A stretch of DNA of 64,000 nt from Kofleriaceae bacterium (GCA_041389925.1 JAWKQX010000006.1:407837-471836), one strand, 5' to 3'. Shown: positions 1 to 11,167, counted from the first letter of the stretch. The notes: generated from the sequence alone by a model not told the origin. Program-made: numbers and translations.

Positions 1-4
1 GAGC

Positions 5-2308
5 TTGTCGAAGCGATCGAATCGCGCGCGTGGGTCTGGGTCGGGGCTGGTGTTCCTGTCCGCGGCCCTCTTCTTGTCGGCCTGCCTCGACGCGGATGAG
101 CGCGCGGACACGTTCCTCGAGCCGTCGCCGCCGGAGCCCGCGGAGGCCCCGACCGCCGGGGACGGCGCCGCGGTGGAGGCGCCCACGCCCGACGAGGCGG
201 TGCCCGAGGAGGATCAGCATGAAGAGGCGCCGCCCGCGCCGAGCAAGCTCGCGCCGGGGCCGGTGTCCAAGGAGGAGCTGGCGCCGCAGGATGACTGCAA
301 GGCGGGGCAGCGCTGCGAGGGGGCCACCCCGTCGGCGATGCCGTCCTTGCAGAACCTGGTGGGCAGCGGGCGTCGCGGGCGCGGCGCCAATAGCCAGCTC
401 GCGGTGCCGCACAACATCACCCTCGCCGACGTCGACGCCGACGGCGTCACCGACTTCGTGCAGACCGCGCAGAACCGCTTGTTCGTCAGCCACACGGACT
501 TCGACAAGACGGGCGTCCTCCACCTCTATCTGCGGCGATCGATCAAGCGCGTCTTGACCGGCGACTTTCACGGCGATGGCTACGATCAGACCTGCGTGAT
601 CCAGGATGACAACGCGCTCGCGTGCTACGGCATCAGCACCGACAAGCGCGCGCTGTGGTGGTGGTTCACGCAGGGCTCGTTCATCGGCGACAACGACGAC
701 TTCATCGTCGGCGACTTCACCGGCGACGGCCGCGACGACGTGCTGGTCTACCCCCGCGGCGGCGGCGCGTGGCGCATGTACTCGATCCCGGGGAGCTACT
801 TCTTCTCGCCGACCGCGCAGTTCGCGCCCGGCAACCTCGGCACCGCCGCCGCCGGCCTGCAGGTGCGCGCCGGCGACTTCAACGCGGACGGCCGCGATGA
901 CCTCGCGCTGATCAATAGCTGGGGCCAGTTCCTCAAGTACTCCTCGGTGTGGACCGGGACGGAGCACACCTTCTGGTGGTCGTTCACCACCAACACCGGC
1001 ATCGCGGGGACCAACGACCAGGTCACCATCGCGCGCGTGGACGACGACAACGACGACGACGTCGTGCTGCACGACCGGGTCACCGGGGCGACGCGCTTCC
1101 GCAAGATGGAGTGGCAGAGCGGCGCGCTGCCGGCGATCACCAACGTGTCGACGGGGCAGATCAGCACCAGCGGCAACTCGCTGCTGTTCTGGGCGGCGAT
1201 GCACCCGGTGACGACCGAGCCGGGCGCGGCGCGCCGCGACGACGCGATGGTCTACGAGCTGTCGTGGAACGGCTTCGTGCGCAGCGACGCGCGCTGGAGC
1301 GGCACGCAGCACACCTACTGGTGGGCGTACACCCAGTACGCGCCGAACAACCACACGGGATGGCCGTCGCTGATCGCGCGCCCGTGGCTCCTGCTCAAGT
1401 GCAAGTTCTCCGACATCGCGACCACCCCGGCGACGAACCAGTTCTATCGCGATCTGGTGTTCGGACCGTGGGGCCTCGCGCACTACTGGATGGACGCCTC
1501 GTATGGTGCCTGGGACGCCTACGGCAGCACGGTGAAGGACACCTGGTACGGCATGAGCGTGACCAACGCCACCTGGACCAACACGCTCTCGCGCTGGGAT
1601 CGGGCGGGCGCCTGCATCAACGCGTACGGCGGCTCCACCGCGGGGTTCGTCAACACCATCAGCCTGGTCAACGGCGAGGGTGACGCCGGCAACGCCGGTG
1701 GGCGCGTCCTGATGACGCCGAACTCCTCGAACAGCACGTTCCTCGCTCACGAGACTGGCCATACCTTCGGGTACGAGCACTCGTGGGACGACAGCGGCCG
1801 TCAAGCGGCGACCTGGTCGGGGCCTGGCGAGTACTGGGATCACTGGGACATCATGAGCGCGATGAACGTCTACGGGTTCACCAGCCCGCTCGGCGTGAGC
1901 GCCGGCCCCGGGCTCAACGCGCCGTACGCGAACAAGATGTCCTTCATCCCCGCCCATCGCCGGGTGCAGCTCAACCAGGGCACGACCGCGCAGAGCACGC
2001 GCCTCAACCTGGCGGCGGTCGGCCGCCCCGAGGCCAACGGATCGCTGTACGTGCGTATCGGTGCGAACAACGCCGATCACTACACGCTGGAGTTCCGCAT
2101 GAAGAGCGCCTGGGATCAGGGGATCCCCAGGGACACGGTGTTGCTCCATCGCGTGCTCAACGGGCGCTCCTACTTGATCACCGGTGGTGGCGTCGAGCGC
2201 TTGCCGGGCTCGAGCGCCTGGTTCTGGGGCGGGACGAGGTGGGTCTCCGTGGTGGTCAACGGCTTCTCGACGGCGCGCTCCACCGCCGACGTCACGATCA
2301 ACTACTGA
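5..2308 (+). CDS. Secreted FG-GAP-repeat lipoprotein with C-terminal metzincin-like zinc metalloprotease domain
   Basis: N-terminal hydrophobic segment ending in lipobox-like LSAC. Repeated FG-GAP-like motifs (GDFTGDGRDDVLVY, GDFNADGRDDLALI, DVDADGVTDFV). Four repeated W-W containing units. Near the C-terminus HETGHTFGYEHSWDD matches the metzincin HExxHxxGxxH zinc site. Start may lie upstream of the window edge (TTG at 5). Confidence 0.65.
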   Translation: MSKRSNRARGSGSGLVFLSAALFLSACLDADERADTFLEPSPPEPAEAPTAGDGAAVEAPTPDEAVPEEDQHEEAPPAPSKLAPGPVSKEELAPQDDCKAGQRCEGATPSAMPSLQNLVGSGRRGRGANSQLAVPHNITLADVDADGVTDFVQTAQNRLFVSHTDFDKTGVLHLYLRRSIKRVLTGDFHGDGYDQTCVIQDDNALACYGISTDKRALWWWFTQGSFIGDNDDFIVGDFTGDGRDDVLVYPRGGGAWRMYSIPGSYFFSPTAQFAPGNLGTAAAGLQVRAGDFNADGRDDLALINSWGQFLKYSSVWTGTEHTFWWSFTTNTGIAGTNDQVTIARVDDDNDDDVVLHDRVTGATRFRKMEWQSGALPAITNVSTGQISTSGNSLLFWAAMHPVTTEPGAARRDDAMVYELSWNGFVRSDARWSGTQHTYWWAYTQYAPNNHTGWPSLIARPWLLLKCKFSDIATTPATNQFYRDLVFGPWGLAHYWMDASYGAWDAYGSTVKDTWYGMSVTNATWTNTLSRWDRAGACINAYGGSTAGFVNTISLVNGEGDAGNAGGRVLMTPNSSNSTFLAHETGHTFGYEHSWDDSGRQAATWSGPGEYWDHWDIMSAMNVYGFTSPLGVSAGPGLNAPYANKMSFIPAHRRVQLNQGTTAQSTRLNLAAVGRPEANGSLYVRIGANNADHYTLEFRMKSAWDQGIPRDTVLLHRVLNGRSYLITGGGVERLPGSSAWFWGGTRWVSVVVNGFSTARSTADVTINY

Positions 2309-2548
2309 GCGTCGTCCGCGCGCCGTACCTCCAGCGCGCATGGAGGGAACAACGCGTCCCGCGAGCGTCACTCGCGGGGCGCGTTGGCGCGTCGCGACGT
2401 CGGGGGTGAGTCGCGCATGACACGGAAGAAGTACGCGGTCACCTTCTCGCACTTGTCGCCTGTTTTTTGCGCGCGTCGAGCTTTTCTCTGGCTGGGGTCC
2501 CCTCAGGCCAACTACGGTCGAGTCAGCTGAGGTTGGAGGGAGGCTGCG

Positions 2549-5179
2549 ATGCGAGAGTTGGGAGACCGTTCGCTCGGGATGAGCGACGCGACCCGGTTGC
2601 AGGAAGAGCGAGCGGAGCGCGCGTCCCATGGTCCCCCAGGGATGACGCTCGAACGAGATCACGGCGATCTGCACGCGCACGTCCCCGGCGCACGCGCCTC
2701 TCGCGCCGACCGGGAGCCGCCACCAGCGGATCGACGGAGACCTCGAGGGAGCGCGCCGTCCGCCGCGGTCTCATACGCGAGCCTCTTCGAGCACGCCCCG
2801 ATCGGGTACTGCGCGATCGACGCCGCGGGCGTGATCGTGGCCGCCAACCTCGCGGCGGCGACCACGCTCGGCGCGCCACAACGCGAGCTGCCCTCACACC
2901 GGTTCGTCGACCTCCTCTTCGAGGACGACCACGAACGCTTCCTCACGTTGTGCGAGGAGGCGCGGCGTCTCCGGCGCCCGAGCTCCGAAGATCTGCGCGT
3001 GCGGCACCCGGCGAGCCCGATCTGCTGGATCTCGGTCACGGCCGCGGCCGCTCCGGGCGACGGCGCGGCGGCCGTGCTGCTCACCCTCTGCGACGTCACC
3101 GAGCGCCGTACCGCGGACGTGAAGCGCGCCAACGAGCACCGCATGCTCGAGCTGGTCGCGCAAGGGGGGGAGCTCGACCACGTGCTCTACAACCTCGTCC
3201 TCGTGTACGAGTCGCTGCTGCCCGGCATGCGAGGCTCGGTGTTGCTGCTCGATGCGAGCGGCCGTCGCCTCCATCACGCCTGCGCGCCGCGGTTGCCCCC
3301 GAGCTACCGCGACGCGGTCAACGGCACCGAGATCGGTCCCTCGGTGGGCTCCTGCGGCACCGCGGTGTACACGCAGCAACCGGCGCTGGTCTCGGACATC
3401 GCGCGCGACCCCCGCTGGCGTGGGTTTCAGGACCTCGCGCTCAACCACGGGCTGCGCGCGTGCTGGTCGGTGCCGATCCACGGCTCCGCGGGGCGCGTGC
3501 TGGGCGCGTTCGCGTTCTATCACGACGTCCCGCGCGTCGCGGGATCGTCCGACGTGGCCGTGCTGAAGCGCGCGGCGCACCTGGCGGGGCTGGCGATCGA
3601 GCGCCAGCTCGTGGAGAACGCGCTGCGCGAGCGCGAGCGCGAGCTGGACGACGCCGAGGAGGTCGCGCACCTGGGCCACTGGTCCTGGGACGTCGCGAAC
3701 AATCGCGTCACGTGGTCGGCGGAGGTGCGCCGCATCTGGCAGCGCGACCCCGAGGAGTTCGGGTGCGACTACCCCACGCTGCTGGCCCGCACCATCCACC
3801 CCGAGGACCTGCCGCGCGTCCTGGCGGTCAGCGCCGCCGTGCAGGGCGGGCCCATCCCGAGCCCGCTGGAGGCGCGGGTGATCCGGCCCGACGGCACGGA
3901 GCGCGTGGTCTGGGTGATCGCCGGCAAGCGGATCCTCGATGCGTCCGGTGGGCTGCGCATCACGGGGATCGTGCAGGACATCACCGAGCGCAAGCAGGCG
4001 GAGCGCGAGCGCGCCGAGCTCCACGCGCGGCTGGTGCAATCGCAGAAGCTGGAGTCCATCGGGCGGCTCGCCGGTGGGGTCGCCCACGACTTCAACAACT
4101 CCCTCGGCGTCATCCTTGGACACGTGCAGCTCGCCCTGCGGAACCTCGATCCCGAGGAGCCGCTGCACGCCGACCTGCTGGAGATCCACCGCTCGGCGGT
4201 CCGCTCGGCGGACCTGACCCGGCAGCTCCTCGCGTGCGCGCGCAAGCAGACGGTGGTCCCGAAGGTGCTCGATACCGTCGTCGCGATCGAGGGGGTGGTG
4301 TCGCTGCTGCGGCGGGTGATCGGCGAGAACATCACGCTCTCGTGGGTGCCGGCGCGGGACACGTGGCCGGTGAAGATGGATCCGTCGCAGCTCGATCAGC
4401 TCCTCACCAACCTGTGCATCAACGCGCGCGACGCGATCGGCGACGTCGGCGTGATCTTCGTCGAGACGTCGAACTGCACGATCGACGCCGCGTACTGTGA
4501 GTCGCGCCCGAGCGCCGCGCCCGGGGACTACGTTCGCCTGGAGGTCGGCGACACCGGGTGCGGGATGGACGCGGCGACGCTGGGCCAGGTGTTCGAGCCG
4601 TTCTTCACGACGAAGGGGGTCGGCGAGGGCACCGGGCTCGGGCTGGCCACCGTGTACGGAGCGGTGGTGCAGAACGGCGGCTTCATCGAGGTGTCGAGCG
4701 AGCTGGGCCGCGGCACGGTGTTCCAGGTCCACCTGCCGAGGCACGTGGGCGCCGGCGCGGCGGCGGCGCCCTCGCCACGCTCTTCCTCCACGCGCGCGGC
4801 GGACGCGGCGCTGCGCCAGAAGCGGATCCTCCTGGTCGAGGACGAGCCCGGGATCCTCAAGTTCACGAAGAAGCGGCTGGAGGCGCGCGGCTACGCCGTG
4901 GTGAGCGCGAGCAACCCGAGACAAGCGCTCAGCGTGCTCGACGAAGGCGTGGGCGAGCTCGATCTGCTGCTGACGGACGTCATCATGCCCGAGATGAACG
5001 GCCAGGCGCTGGCGCACCTGATGGTGGAGCGCTTCCCGAACATCAAGTGCGTGTTCATGTCCGGCTACCCGGCGAACGTGATCGCGAACCAAGGCGTGGT
5101 GAACGCGAACGTCTCGTTCCTGGAGAAGCCGTTCTCGATCGAGGAGCTCATGGCCGCGGTCGAGGGCGCGCTCGCCTGA
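2549..5179 (+). CDS. Hybrid sensor histidine kinase / response regulator (PAS-GAF-PAS-HisKA-HATPase-REC)
   Basis: PAS-like region (FEHAPIGYCAIDAAGVIV) and GAF-like region. HisKA H-box (AGGVAHDFNNSLGVILGH). HATPase G-boxes (DTGCGMD, GTGLGLATVYG). C-terminal receiver (ILLVEDEPGI ... LLLTDVIMPEMNG). GGAGGGA Shine-Dalgarno about 7 nt upstream of the ATG. N-terminal start choice uncertain. Confidence 0.8.
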   Translation: MRELGDRSLGMSDATRLQEERAERASHGPPGMTLERDHGDLHAHVPGARASRADREPPPADRRRPRGSAPSAAVSYASLFEHAPIGYCAIDAAGVIVAANLAAATTLGAPQRELPSHRFVDLLFEDDHERFLTLCEEARRLRRPSSEDLRVRHPASPICWISVTAAAAPGDGAAAVLLTLCDVTERRTADVKRANEHRMLELVAQGGELDHVLYNLVLVYESLLPGMRGSVLLLDASGRRLHHACAPRLPPSYRDAVNGTEIGPSVGSCGTAVYTQQPALVSDIARDPRWRGFQDLALNHGLRACWSVPIHGSAGRVLGAFAFYHDVPRVAGSSDVAVLKRAAHLAGLAIERQLVENALRERERELDDAEEVAHLGHWSWDVANNRVTWSAEVRRIWQRDPEEFGCDYPTLLARTIHPEDLPRVLAVSAAVQGGPIPSPLEARVIRPDGTERVVWVIAGKRILDASGGLRITGIVQDITERKQAERERAELHARLVQSQKLESIGRLAGGVAHDFNNSLGVILGHVQLALRNLDPEEPLHADLLEIHRSAVRSADLTRQLLACARKQTVVPKVLDTVVAIEGVVSLLRRVIGENITLSWVPARDTWPVKMDPSQLDQLLTNLCINARDAIGDVGVIFVETSNCTIDAAYCESRPSAAPGDYVRLEVGDTGCGMDAATLGQVFEPFFTTKGVGEGTGLGLATVYGAVVQNGGFIEVSSELGRGTVFQVHLPRHVGAGAAAAPSPRSSSTRAADAALRQKRILLVEDEPGILKFTKKRLEARGYAVVSASNPRQALSVLDEGVGELDLLLTDVIMPEMNGQALAHLMVERFPNIKCVFMSGYPANVIANQGVVNANVSFLEKPFSIEELMAAVEGALA

Positions 5180-5191
5180 GGTCGCGCGCGC

Positions 5192-5773
5192 TCAGGTCTG
5201 CTGCGGTTCCCACAGCGGCTCGGGCTCGCCGTCCTTGAGCGCGGCCCAGCGGCCCCAGACGAACAGCGCGTCGGAGAGCCGGTTGAGGTAGTGAACGGCG
5301 ATCGGATCGACGGCCGCCGCGCCGGCCTCGGCGGCGAACGCCACGACGACGCGCTCGCAGCGGCGACAGATCGTGCGCGCCAGGTGAAAGTGCGCCGACG
5401 CCCAGCCGCCGCCGGGGAGCACGAACGAGCGCAGCGGCGCGAGGTCGCCGTTGACCGCGTCGATGTCGGCCTCCAGCGCGGTGACGTGGCGCGCCTCGAG
5501 CTGGGGCAGCCTGGCGCGCGTCTCGGCGTCCTCGGTGGCCAAGAGCGCGCCCAGGTTGAACAGCTCGTGCTGTACGCGATGGACGATCGGCAAGAGGTGG
5601 GGACCCGCGGCCGAGGCGCCGAGCGCCGTGCGCACGAGCCCGAGCGCGGCGTTCAGCTCGTCGACCGTCCCGTAGCACTCGAGCCGCGGCGACGCCTTGG
5701 AGACGCGCTCGCCGCCGATGAGCGACGTCTGGCCGGCATCCCCGCCACGCGTGTAGACCTTGTCGATGCGCAC
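5192..5773 (-). CDS. ATP:cob(I)alamin adenosyltransferase, PduO-type
   Basis: N-terminus [26 protein letters not shown] is the PduO/MMAB signature (xIYTKTGDxGxTSL). About 190 aa. GTG start overlaps the bioB stop by 1 nt. Confidence 0.8.
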   Translation of the reverse strand: MRIDKVYTRGGDAGQTSLIGGERVSKASPRLECYGTVDELNAALGLVRTALGASAAGPHLLPIVHRVQHELFNLGALLATEDAETRARLPQLEARHVTALEADIDAVNGDLAPLRSFVLPGGGWASAHFHLARTICRRCERVVVAFAAEAGAAAVDPIAVHYLNRLSDALFVWGRWAALKDGEPEPLWEPQQT

Positions 5774-6843
5774 TACGCCCCATCCACCACGGGCAGGAGG
5801 CCGTCGCGTCGGCGCGCCGGCGCCAGGTGCGCGACCGCGTCGGGATCGGCGGGGATCTCCTCACCCGAGGCCAGCTCCAGCGTGAAGCCCGCGTCGCGGA
5901 TCATCTGGTGATCGGCGTGCGGCGTGGCGCCGCCGGTGGTGAGGTAGCCCTGCGTGAAGATGGAGTTCGCCGGGTAGAGCGCCAGGGGTTGCAGCGCGCG
6001 CAACGTCAGCTCGCGGCCGCCCGCGACGCGCAGGTCGGTGCGCGGATGCACCAGGCGGAACATGCACAGCGCGCGCAGGGCGAAGCCCGGTTCGACGAGC
6101 GGGCGCCCCTCCATCGGGGTGCCGGGGCGCGCGTCGAGGAAGTTGACCGGCACCGAGTCGACGTCGAGGTCGCGCAGCGAGAACGCCAGGTCGATGAGAT
6201 CGTCGTCGTCCTCGCCGAGGCCGACGATGCCGCCGACGCAGGTGTCCATGCCGGCGCGCTTGGCGAGCTGCACGGTGGCGACGCGCTCGGCCCACGAGTG
6301 GGTGGAGACGATCTTGCCGAAGTGGCGCTCGCTGGTCTCCAGGTTGTGGTTGAACCGGTCGACGCCGGACTCGGCGAGGCGGCGCGCCTTCGCCTCGGTG
6401 AGCAGGCCCAGCGAGGCGCATAGCTCCAGGTTCAGCTCGGCCTTGATCTGCCGGGCCGCCTCGCAGATGGTGTCGAGGTCGCGCTGCGACGGCCCGGTCG
6501 TGGCGGTCACCATGCAGAAGCGCTTGGCGCGCGCGGCGTGGGCGCGGCGGGCGCCATCGACGAGCTCGTCGACGGTCTGCATCGGCGCCTCGCCGCCGGG
6601 GCTCTGGTACTTGCTGGACTGCGAGCAGAAGCCGCAGTCCTCCGGGCACGCGCCGAGCTTGGCGTTCTGCAGCACGTGCAACGAGACCCGCAGGCCCCAG
6701 TGAGCGCGCCGGACGCGGAAGGCCGCGTCCACGACCGCCAGCGTGTCCTCGACGGGGGCGTGCAAGATGGCCTTGGCCTCGGTTCGCGCGAGGGGCTGAC
6801 CGGCGAGGGCCTTGTCGGCGAGCGCCGACCACATCATCGACAT
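5773..6843 (-). CDS. bioB: Biotin synthase (radical SAM)
   Basis: [16 protein letters not shown] matches the BioB CxxxCxxC radical-SAM cluster region. RFCM, NHNLETS and [10 protein letters not shown] blocks are collinear with E. coli BioB. Confidence 0.85.
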   Translation of the reverse strand: MSMMWSALADKALAGQPLARTEAKAILHAPVEDTLAVVDAAFRVRRAHWGLRVSLHVLQNAKLGACPEDCGFCSQSSKYQSPGGEAPMQTVDELVDGARRAHAARAKRFCMVTATTGPSQRDLDTICEAARQIKAELNLELCASLGLLTEAKARRLAESGVDRFNHNLETSERHFGKIVSTHSWAERVATVQLAKRAGMDTCVGGIVGLGEDDDDLIDLAFSLRDLDVDSVPVNFLDARPGTPMEGRPLVEPGFALRALCMFRLVHPRTDLRVAGGRELTLRALQPLALYPANSIFTQGYLTTGGATPHADHQMIRDAGFTLELASGEEIPADPDAVAHLAPARRRDGLLPVVDGA

Positions 6844-6939
6844 GCCGCGGAACCTAGCCGCTTCGCGGGTCGGCGTCTAGCCCCGACGGTGCACCGAGCA
6901 TGGCGCGTCACCGGACTTCCGCCCGGCGTCCTCCTTGCG

Positions 6940-7344
6940 TCAGCGCGCGGGCGGCTCCTCGGGCACGGTCACCGTGACCGGGTAGGTGCGCACGATGCGG
7001 TCGAGCGCGGCGGTCAGCCGGCCCTCCAGGCGAAATGGACCGGAGCCGTCGAACTCCACCGGCACCTCGACGACCACCGCCGCGCCCGCGGCGACGTCGC
7101 GCGAGAGCAACACCTCTCCGCGCGTGGAGTGCTCCGCGCCCGCGAAGGTGTAGGCGAGGCGCTGGAGGCGGATGGAGCGGCGCTCCGGGTTGGTGACCTG
7201 GACGAGCAGCACCGGGCGGCCGACGGTCTCGACGGCGACCACGCTCAGGGCCGGCCGCTGCTGCGCGGCGCACCCCGAGGCCATCACGGCGAGGAGGAGC
7301 CCGAACAACACGGAAGACCTGAGGGACGCGCGGCGAGCTGACAT
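6940..7344 (-). CDS. Small lipoprotein, hypothetical
   Basis: Internal Met gives a classic lipoprotein signal MSARRASLRSSVLFGLLLAVMASGC. GAAGGGG RBS-like sequence upstream of that ATG. No recognisable domain. Longer ORF start at 7485 judged less likely. Confidence 0.45.
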   Translation of the reverse strand: MSARRASLRSSVLFGLLLAVMASGCAAQQRPALSVVAVETVGRPVLLVQVTNPERRSIRLQRLAYTFAGAEHSTRGEVLLSRDVAAGAAVVVEVPVEFDGSGPFRLEGRLTAALDRIVRTYPVTVTVPEEPPAR

Positions 7345-7562
7345 GACGGCCCCTTCTATTGCGGATTTCATGCCGAAGTGCAACTCCTCGGACATGAGAT
7401 GTAACTTATTGAAATGGTGTCCTCCATGCCCGATGCGCGGACGCGTTGGAGTAGCTCCGTTCACACCTTGAAGCTTTCCCGTCACACGGCGGCCGACAGG
7501 GGTGTCGTAGATCTCGCCAGCTCGCGATCTCGCGCCGCCGGAGTTCAGCTACGCTAGCGCTC

Positions 7563-8036
7563 GTGAAGATCGAAAAAGGGCGACGCGTTCGACTCAAGGT
7601 CGAGCTCACCGCTGGTGATGACGTCATCGAGAAGAGCGTGGTCGAGTTCATCCACGGCGGCGGCACGATGCTGCCGGGTCTCGAGGCCTTGCTCGTGGGG
7701 CTCGAGCCCGGCGCCAAGCGCGACGGCGTGCTGCCGGCCAAGGAGGCGTTCGGCAACCCGGCGATGCACCCGGTGAAGGCCATCCCGCGCGCCGAGTTCC
7801 CCGCGGACGCCGATCTCAAGCCCGGTCTGCGCTTCGCCGCCAAGGGCGCGGACAACGGCCTCGACGTCGTGCTGGAGATCGTGAAGGTCACCGGCGAGAC
7901 CGTCGAGACGCGGCTCGTCCACCCTCTCGCAGAGAAAGACCTGGCGTACAAGCTGGAGGTCGTGCAGGTCACCGACCCACGGCCCCCGCCGATGCCGGCA
8001 GCGGCGCTCGGCCTGGAGGAGGCGGACGACAGCTAA
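7563..8036 (+). CDS. FKBP-type peptidyl-prolyl cis-trans isomerase (SlyD-like)
   Basis: [25 protein letters not shown] ... [22 protein letters not shown] ... [17 protein letters not shown] is collinear with SlyD/FkpB FKBP and IF domains. GTG start. Confidence 0.75.
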   Translation: MKIEKGRRVRLKVELTAGDDVIEKSVVEFIHGGGTMLPGLEALLVGLEPGAKRDGVLPAKEAFGNPAMHPVKAIPRAEFPADADLKPGLRFAAKGADNGLDVVLEIVKVTGETVETRLVHPLAEKDLAYKLEVVQVTDPRPPPMPAAALGLEEADDS

Positions 8037-8045
8037 GGAGCGCTC

Positions 8046-8813
8046 GTGGAGGCGATGATCTACGCGCACCGCGGCGCGCCCGCGGAGCTCCCCGAGAACA
8101 CGCTGGCGTCGTTTCAGCGCGCCGTGGAGCTCGGGGTCGATGCGCTCGAGCTCGATGTCCACACCACGCGCGACGGCGTCGTGGTGGTGAGCCACGATCC
8201 CGACGCGCGGCGCATGGCGGGCGTCGACGTGCGCTGGCTCGAGGTGTCGCTCGCGGAGGCGCGGCGCCTCGATCTGGGACGCGGGTTCGTGGGCCCGACG
8301 GGGGAGCGTCCCTTCGCGGGGCGCGGGATCACGATCCCGACCTTCGAGGAGGTGCTCGTGGAGTTTCCCGCGATGCGGCTCAACGTGGACCTCAAGCAGG
8401 CGTCGCCGCCGCTGGTCGAGCCGGTGCTCGAGCTCCTGCGCAGGCTCCGCGCCGAGGAGCGCGTGACGCTCGCCAGCTTTCGCGCACGGACGATGTATGA
8501 AGTCCGCCGGCGAGGGTACCGCGGGCCGACGGCGCTCGCGCAGGCGGAGGTCGTCGCGTTGCTCGCGTGCCCGCGCCGCCTCTGGCGCGCCGCGCCGCTG
8601 CGCGGGCAGGCCGTCCAGATCCCGGTGGCGGCGGGGCGCATCCGCCTGGATCGCCCAGCGTTCATCTCCAAGTGCCACGATCTGGGCCTGCGAGTCGACT
8701 ACTGGACCATCGATGATCCGGAGGAGGCCAAGGAGCTGCTGCGGCGCGGCGCCGATGGCATCATGACCGATGATCCCGCGCGCATGGTCGCCGCGCTGCG
8801 TCCCCGCGCCTGA
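8046..8813 (+). CDS. Glycerophosphodiester phosphodiesterase (GDPD family)
   Basis: MIYAHRGAPAELPENTLASFQRAVELGVDALELDVHTTRDGVVVVSHD is the canonical GDPD N-terminal motif (HRG ... E.D.H ... DG ... H.D). Confidence 0.8.
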   Translation: MEAMIYAHRGAPAELPENTLASFQRAVELGVDALELDVHTTRDGVVVVSHDPDARRMAGVDVRWLEVSLAEARRLDLGRGFVGPTGERPFAGRGITIPTFEEVLVEFPAMRLNVDLKQASPPLVEPVLELLRRLRAEERVTLASFRARTMYEVRRRGYRGPTALAQAEVVALLACPRRLWRAAPLRGQAVQIPVAAGRIRLDRPAFISKCHDLGLRVDYWTIDDPEEAKELLRRGADGIMTDDPARMVAALRPRA

Positions 8814-8931
8814 CTCCGACGGGGCTACGCCGAGCATCGCGAGTGTGGTGGCTCACGTCCGGCGACGTAGGCTGCGATTGACGCAAGATATCGCGAGCGC
8901 TCCGGAGCAAAGTAGGCGATGCTGTAGCGAC

Positions 8932-9504
8932 GTGCTGGAGACGAGTATCGCACCGGGGCTTCTCTTGGCGATGCCGCAGCTCCACGACCCCAACTTCTCG
9001 CACGCCGTCGTGTTGATGATCGAGCACGGCGAGGAAGGGTCGTTCGGCCTGGTCGTCAACCAGCCAAGCGCGATCAAGGCGACCGAGCTCCTGCACAGCC
9101 TGGACATGTCCTGGGGCGGCGACGACTCGGCGGTGGTGTGGTCCGGCGGGCCGGTCAGCCCGAGCACCGGGTGGGTGCTGCACCAGCCCCTTGACGTGCT
9201 GGACATGCGGCCTCGCCGGGGCAGCGGCACCATCGACGTCGCGCCGGGGATCGCGCTGACCACCTCGCCGGACCGCCTGCGCACGATCGCCACCGCCCCG
9301 CCGGGGCGCGTGCGCCTGCTCCTGGGGTACTCGGGCTGGGCGCCGGGCCAGCTCGCCGATGAGATGTCGCGCGGCGCGTGGCTGCACGCCGCGGCCGACC
9401 CCTCCCTGATCTTCGACTCGCCCGCGCCGGAGCTGTGGAGCCGCGCGATCCGCTCGCTGGGCATCTTGCCCGAGTCGCTGATCCAGGGCCGCGGCACGAA
9501 CTGA
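8932..9504 (+). CDS. YqgE/AlgH family protein (UPF0301)
   Basis: [37 protein letters not shown] matches the YqgE/AlgH N-terminal consensus. GTG start at 8932 chosen because the upstream part of ORF 8770..9504 overlaps the GDPD gene and has no homology. Confidence 0.65.
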   Translation: MLETSIAPGLLLAMPQLHDPNFSHAVVLMIEHGEEGSFGLVVNQPSAIKATELLHSLDMSWGGDDSAVVWSGGPVSPSTGWVLHQPLDVLDMRPRRGSGTIDVAPGIALTTSPDRLRTIATAPPGRVRLLLGYSGWAPGQLADEMSRGAWLHAAADPSLIFDSPAPELWSRAIRSLGILPESLIQGRGTN

Positions 9505-9585
9505 GCGCGCCCCGCGCCGCGAACGGCGAAGGAACCCGCGCTCCGGGCGCCGGCTTGCGGTACGTTCGTCGCCGGGGGCAACCAT

Positions 9586-10434
9586 ATGGATCGCGTCGTA
9601 CTCCTGCGCAACATCCCGTTGTTCGAGTCTCTCGAGGAAGAGGACCTCGCGGCGCTGGTCACCCGGCTGCGCGAGGAGCGCTTCCGCGCCGGCGAGACCG
9701 TGTTCGCGCAAGGCGACGAGGGCGACTCGATGTACCTCATCGAGGAGGGCGCGATCGACATCGTCGCGGGCTCGGGCAAGCAGCGGGTCACGCTGGCGAG
9801 CCTGTTCATGCAGCAGTACTTCGGGGAGCTGTCGCTGCTCGACGGCGCGCCTCGCTCTGCGATGGCGGTGGCCGCGCGCGACACCGTGCTGCTCGCGCTG
9901 GAGCGCGACGACTTCGTCGACTTCGTCAAGCGGCGGCCGGAGGCGGCGCTGTCGATCATGCACGAGATCGGCGAGCGCATTCGCGCCACCAACGAGCTGA
10001 TGACGCGGACGGTGTCGCGCAACGTCTTCGAGGAGGAGGAGGGCAAGCTCTCGCTCGGGGCCAAGGTGGCGGACAAGGTCGCGGCGTTCGGCGGGTCGTG
10101 GCCGTTCATCTTCCTCTTCGCGGGGTTCATGACCCTGTGGATGCTGTGGAACTCGGTGACCGGCGAGCTGGCGTTCGATCCGCTGCCGTTCATGTTCCTG
10201 AACCTCTTCCTCTCCACGATCGCCGCGCTGCAGGCGCCCGTCATCATGATGAGCCAGAACCGGCAGTCGGCGAAGGACAAGGCGCTGGCGGTCAACAACT
10301 TCCAGGTGAACCTCAAGAACGAGGTCTCCATCGACAAGATCGTGCGCGGCCAGGCCGAGCTGGCGCAGCGCCTCACCGCGCTGGAGCAGCGCCTCGCGGA
10401 CGGCAAGCACCCGCGGGCGACGTCTACGTCGTAG
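9586..10434 (+). CDS. Cyclic-nucleotide-binding domain protein with C-terminal DUF1003-like membrane domain
   Basis: CAP-family cNMP-binding fold (NIPLFESL ... [18 protein letters not shown]). Followed by two hydrophobic helices ([17 protein letters not shown] ; [14 protein letters not shown]) and a conserved QNRQ block typical of DUF1003. Confidence 0.7.
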   Translation: MDRVVLLRNIPLFESLEEEDLAALVTRLREERFRAGETVFAQGDEGDSMYLIEEGAIDIVAGSGKQRVTLASLFMQQYFGELSLLDGAPRSAMAVAARDTVLLALERDDFVDFVKRRPEAALSIMHEIGERIRATNELMTRTVSRNVFEEEEGKLSLGAKVADKVAAFGGSWPFIFLFAGFMTLWMLWNSVTGELAFDPLPFMFLNLFLSTIAALQAPVIMMSQNRQSAKDKALAVNNFQVNLKNEVSIDKIVRGQAELAQRLTALEQRLADGKHPRATSTS

Positions 10435-11167
10435 CCTCGTGGCCGTGGAGCTGGAGATCGGCCCACAGCGGGAGGTGGTCGCTGGCGCGGCGGGCGAGCT
10501 GGGTCTCGGCGCGCGCGAGGTGGGTGACCTCGACGGTGCCGCGCACGTAGAGGCCGTCCAGCGCGCGCATCGGCGCCCACGCGGGGAAGGTCCTGGGCGC
10601 CCGGTTGGGCCCACGGAAGCCGGCGGGCTCCATGAGCTTCCACAGGCCGCCGTACACGTCGTTCAGATCGCCGCCGACGAGGATGGGCGTGTCGTGGTGG
10701 AGGTTGGCGAAGGGGTGACACTCCAGGAACTTGCGGAGCTGGATCTTGCGCTCGAACTCGGCGAGGCCGAGGTGCAGGTTGAAGATGTGCATCGCGCGGT
10801 CCAGGTGGTCGTGCCGGACGCGCAGCGCCGCGTGGAGCACGCTGCGGCGCTTCTTGAGGCGGATGGACAGATCGATGTTGGAGGTCTCGGTGATCGGGAA
10901 CCGGCTCAGGATCGCGTTGCCGTACTCGCCGCCGCCGCGCACGGTGACGTTGCCGAACCAGGTGCGGTGGTGCAGGCCGGTGAGCTCCGCGAGGCGATCG
11001 ACCTGACGATCTCCGTTGGAGCGGCGGGCGCCGTCATCCACCTCCTGGAGCAGCACGATGTCCGGCTCCAGCGCGCTGAGCGCGGCGGCGGTGCGTTGCG
11101 GATCGTACCGGCGGTCGAGGCCGCCGATGCACTTGTGGATGTTGTAGGTGACGACGCGGACCTTCAA
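10424..11167 (-). CDS. Endonuclease/exonuclease/phosphatase (EEP) family protein
   Basis: [21 protein letters not shown] ... DIVLLQEVD ... [10 protein letters not shown] ... HLDLG is typical EEP. True start uncertain: no ATG; TTG at 11167 chosen. The ORF extends to 11317. Confidence 0.6.
   Translation of the reverse strand: MKVRVVTYNIHKCIGGLDRRYDPQRTAAALSALEPDIVLLQEVDDGARRSNGDRQVDRLAELTGLHHRTWFGNVTVRGGGEYGNAILSRFPITETSNIDLSIRLKKRRSVLHAALRVRHDHLDRAMHIFNLHLGLAEFERKIQLRKFLECHPFANLHHDTPILVGGDLNDVYGGLWKLMEPAGFRGPNRAPRTFPAWAPMRALDGLYVRGTVEVTHLARAETQLARRASDHLPLWADLQLHGHEATT

Noticed and set aside
2467-4500. 677-aa plus-strand ORF overlapping the kinase gene in another frame
   Set aside because: RG-rich off-frame translation of the real gene at 2549..5179.
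2894-5092. 732-aa minus-strand ORF opposite the hybrid histidine kinase
   Set aside because: Arg/Ala/Gly/Val-rich junk translation. The plus-strand frame has unmistakable HisKA, HATPase and REC motifs.
8761-10721. Two long minus-strand ORFs (617 aa and 622 aa) across the YqgE and cNMP-binding genes
   Set aside because: No motifs and extreme Arg/Pro/Ser bias. They are antisense to well-supported plus-strand genes.
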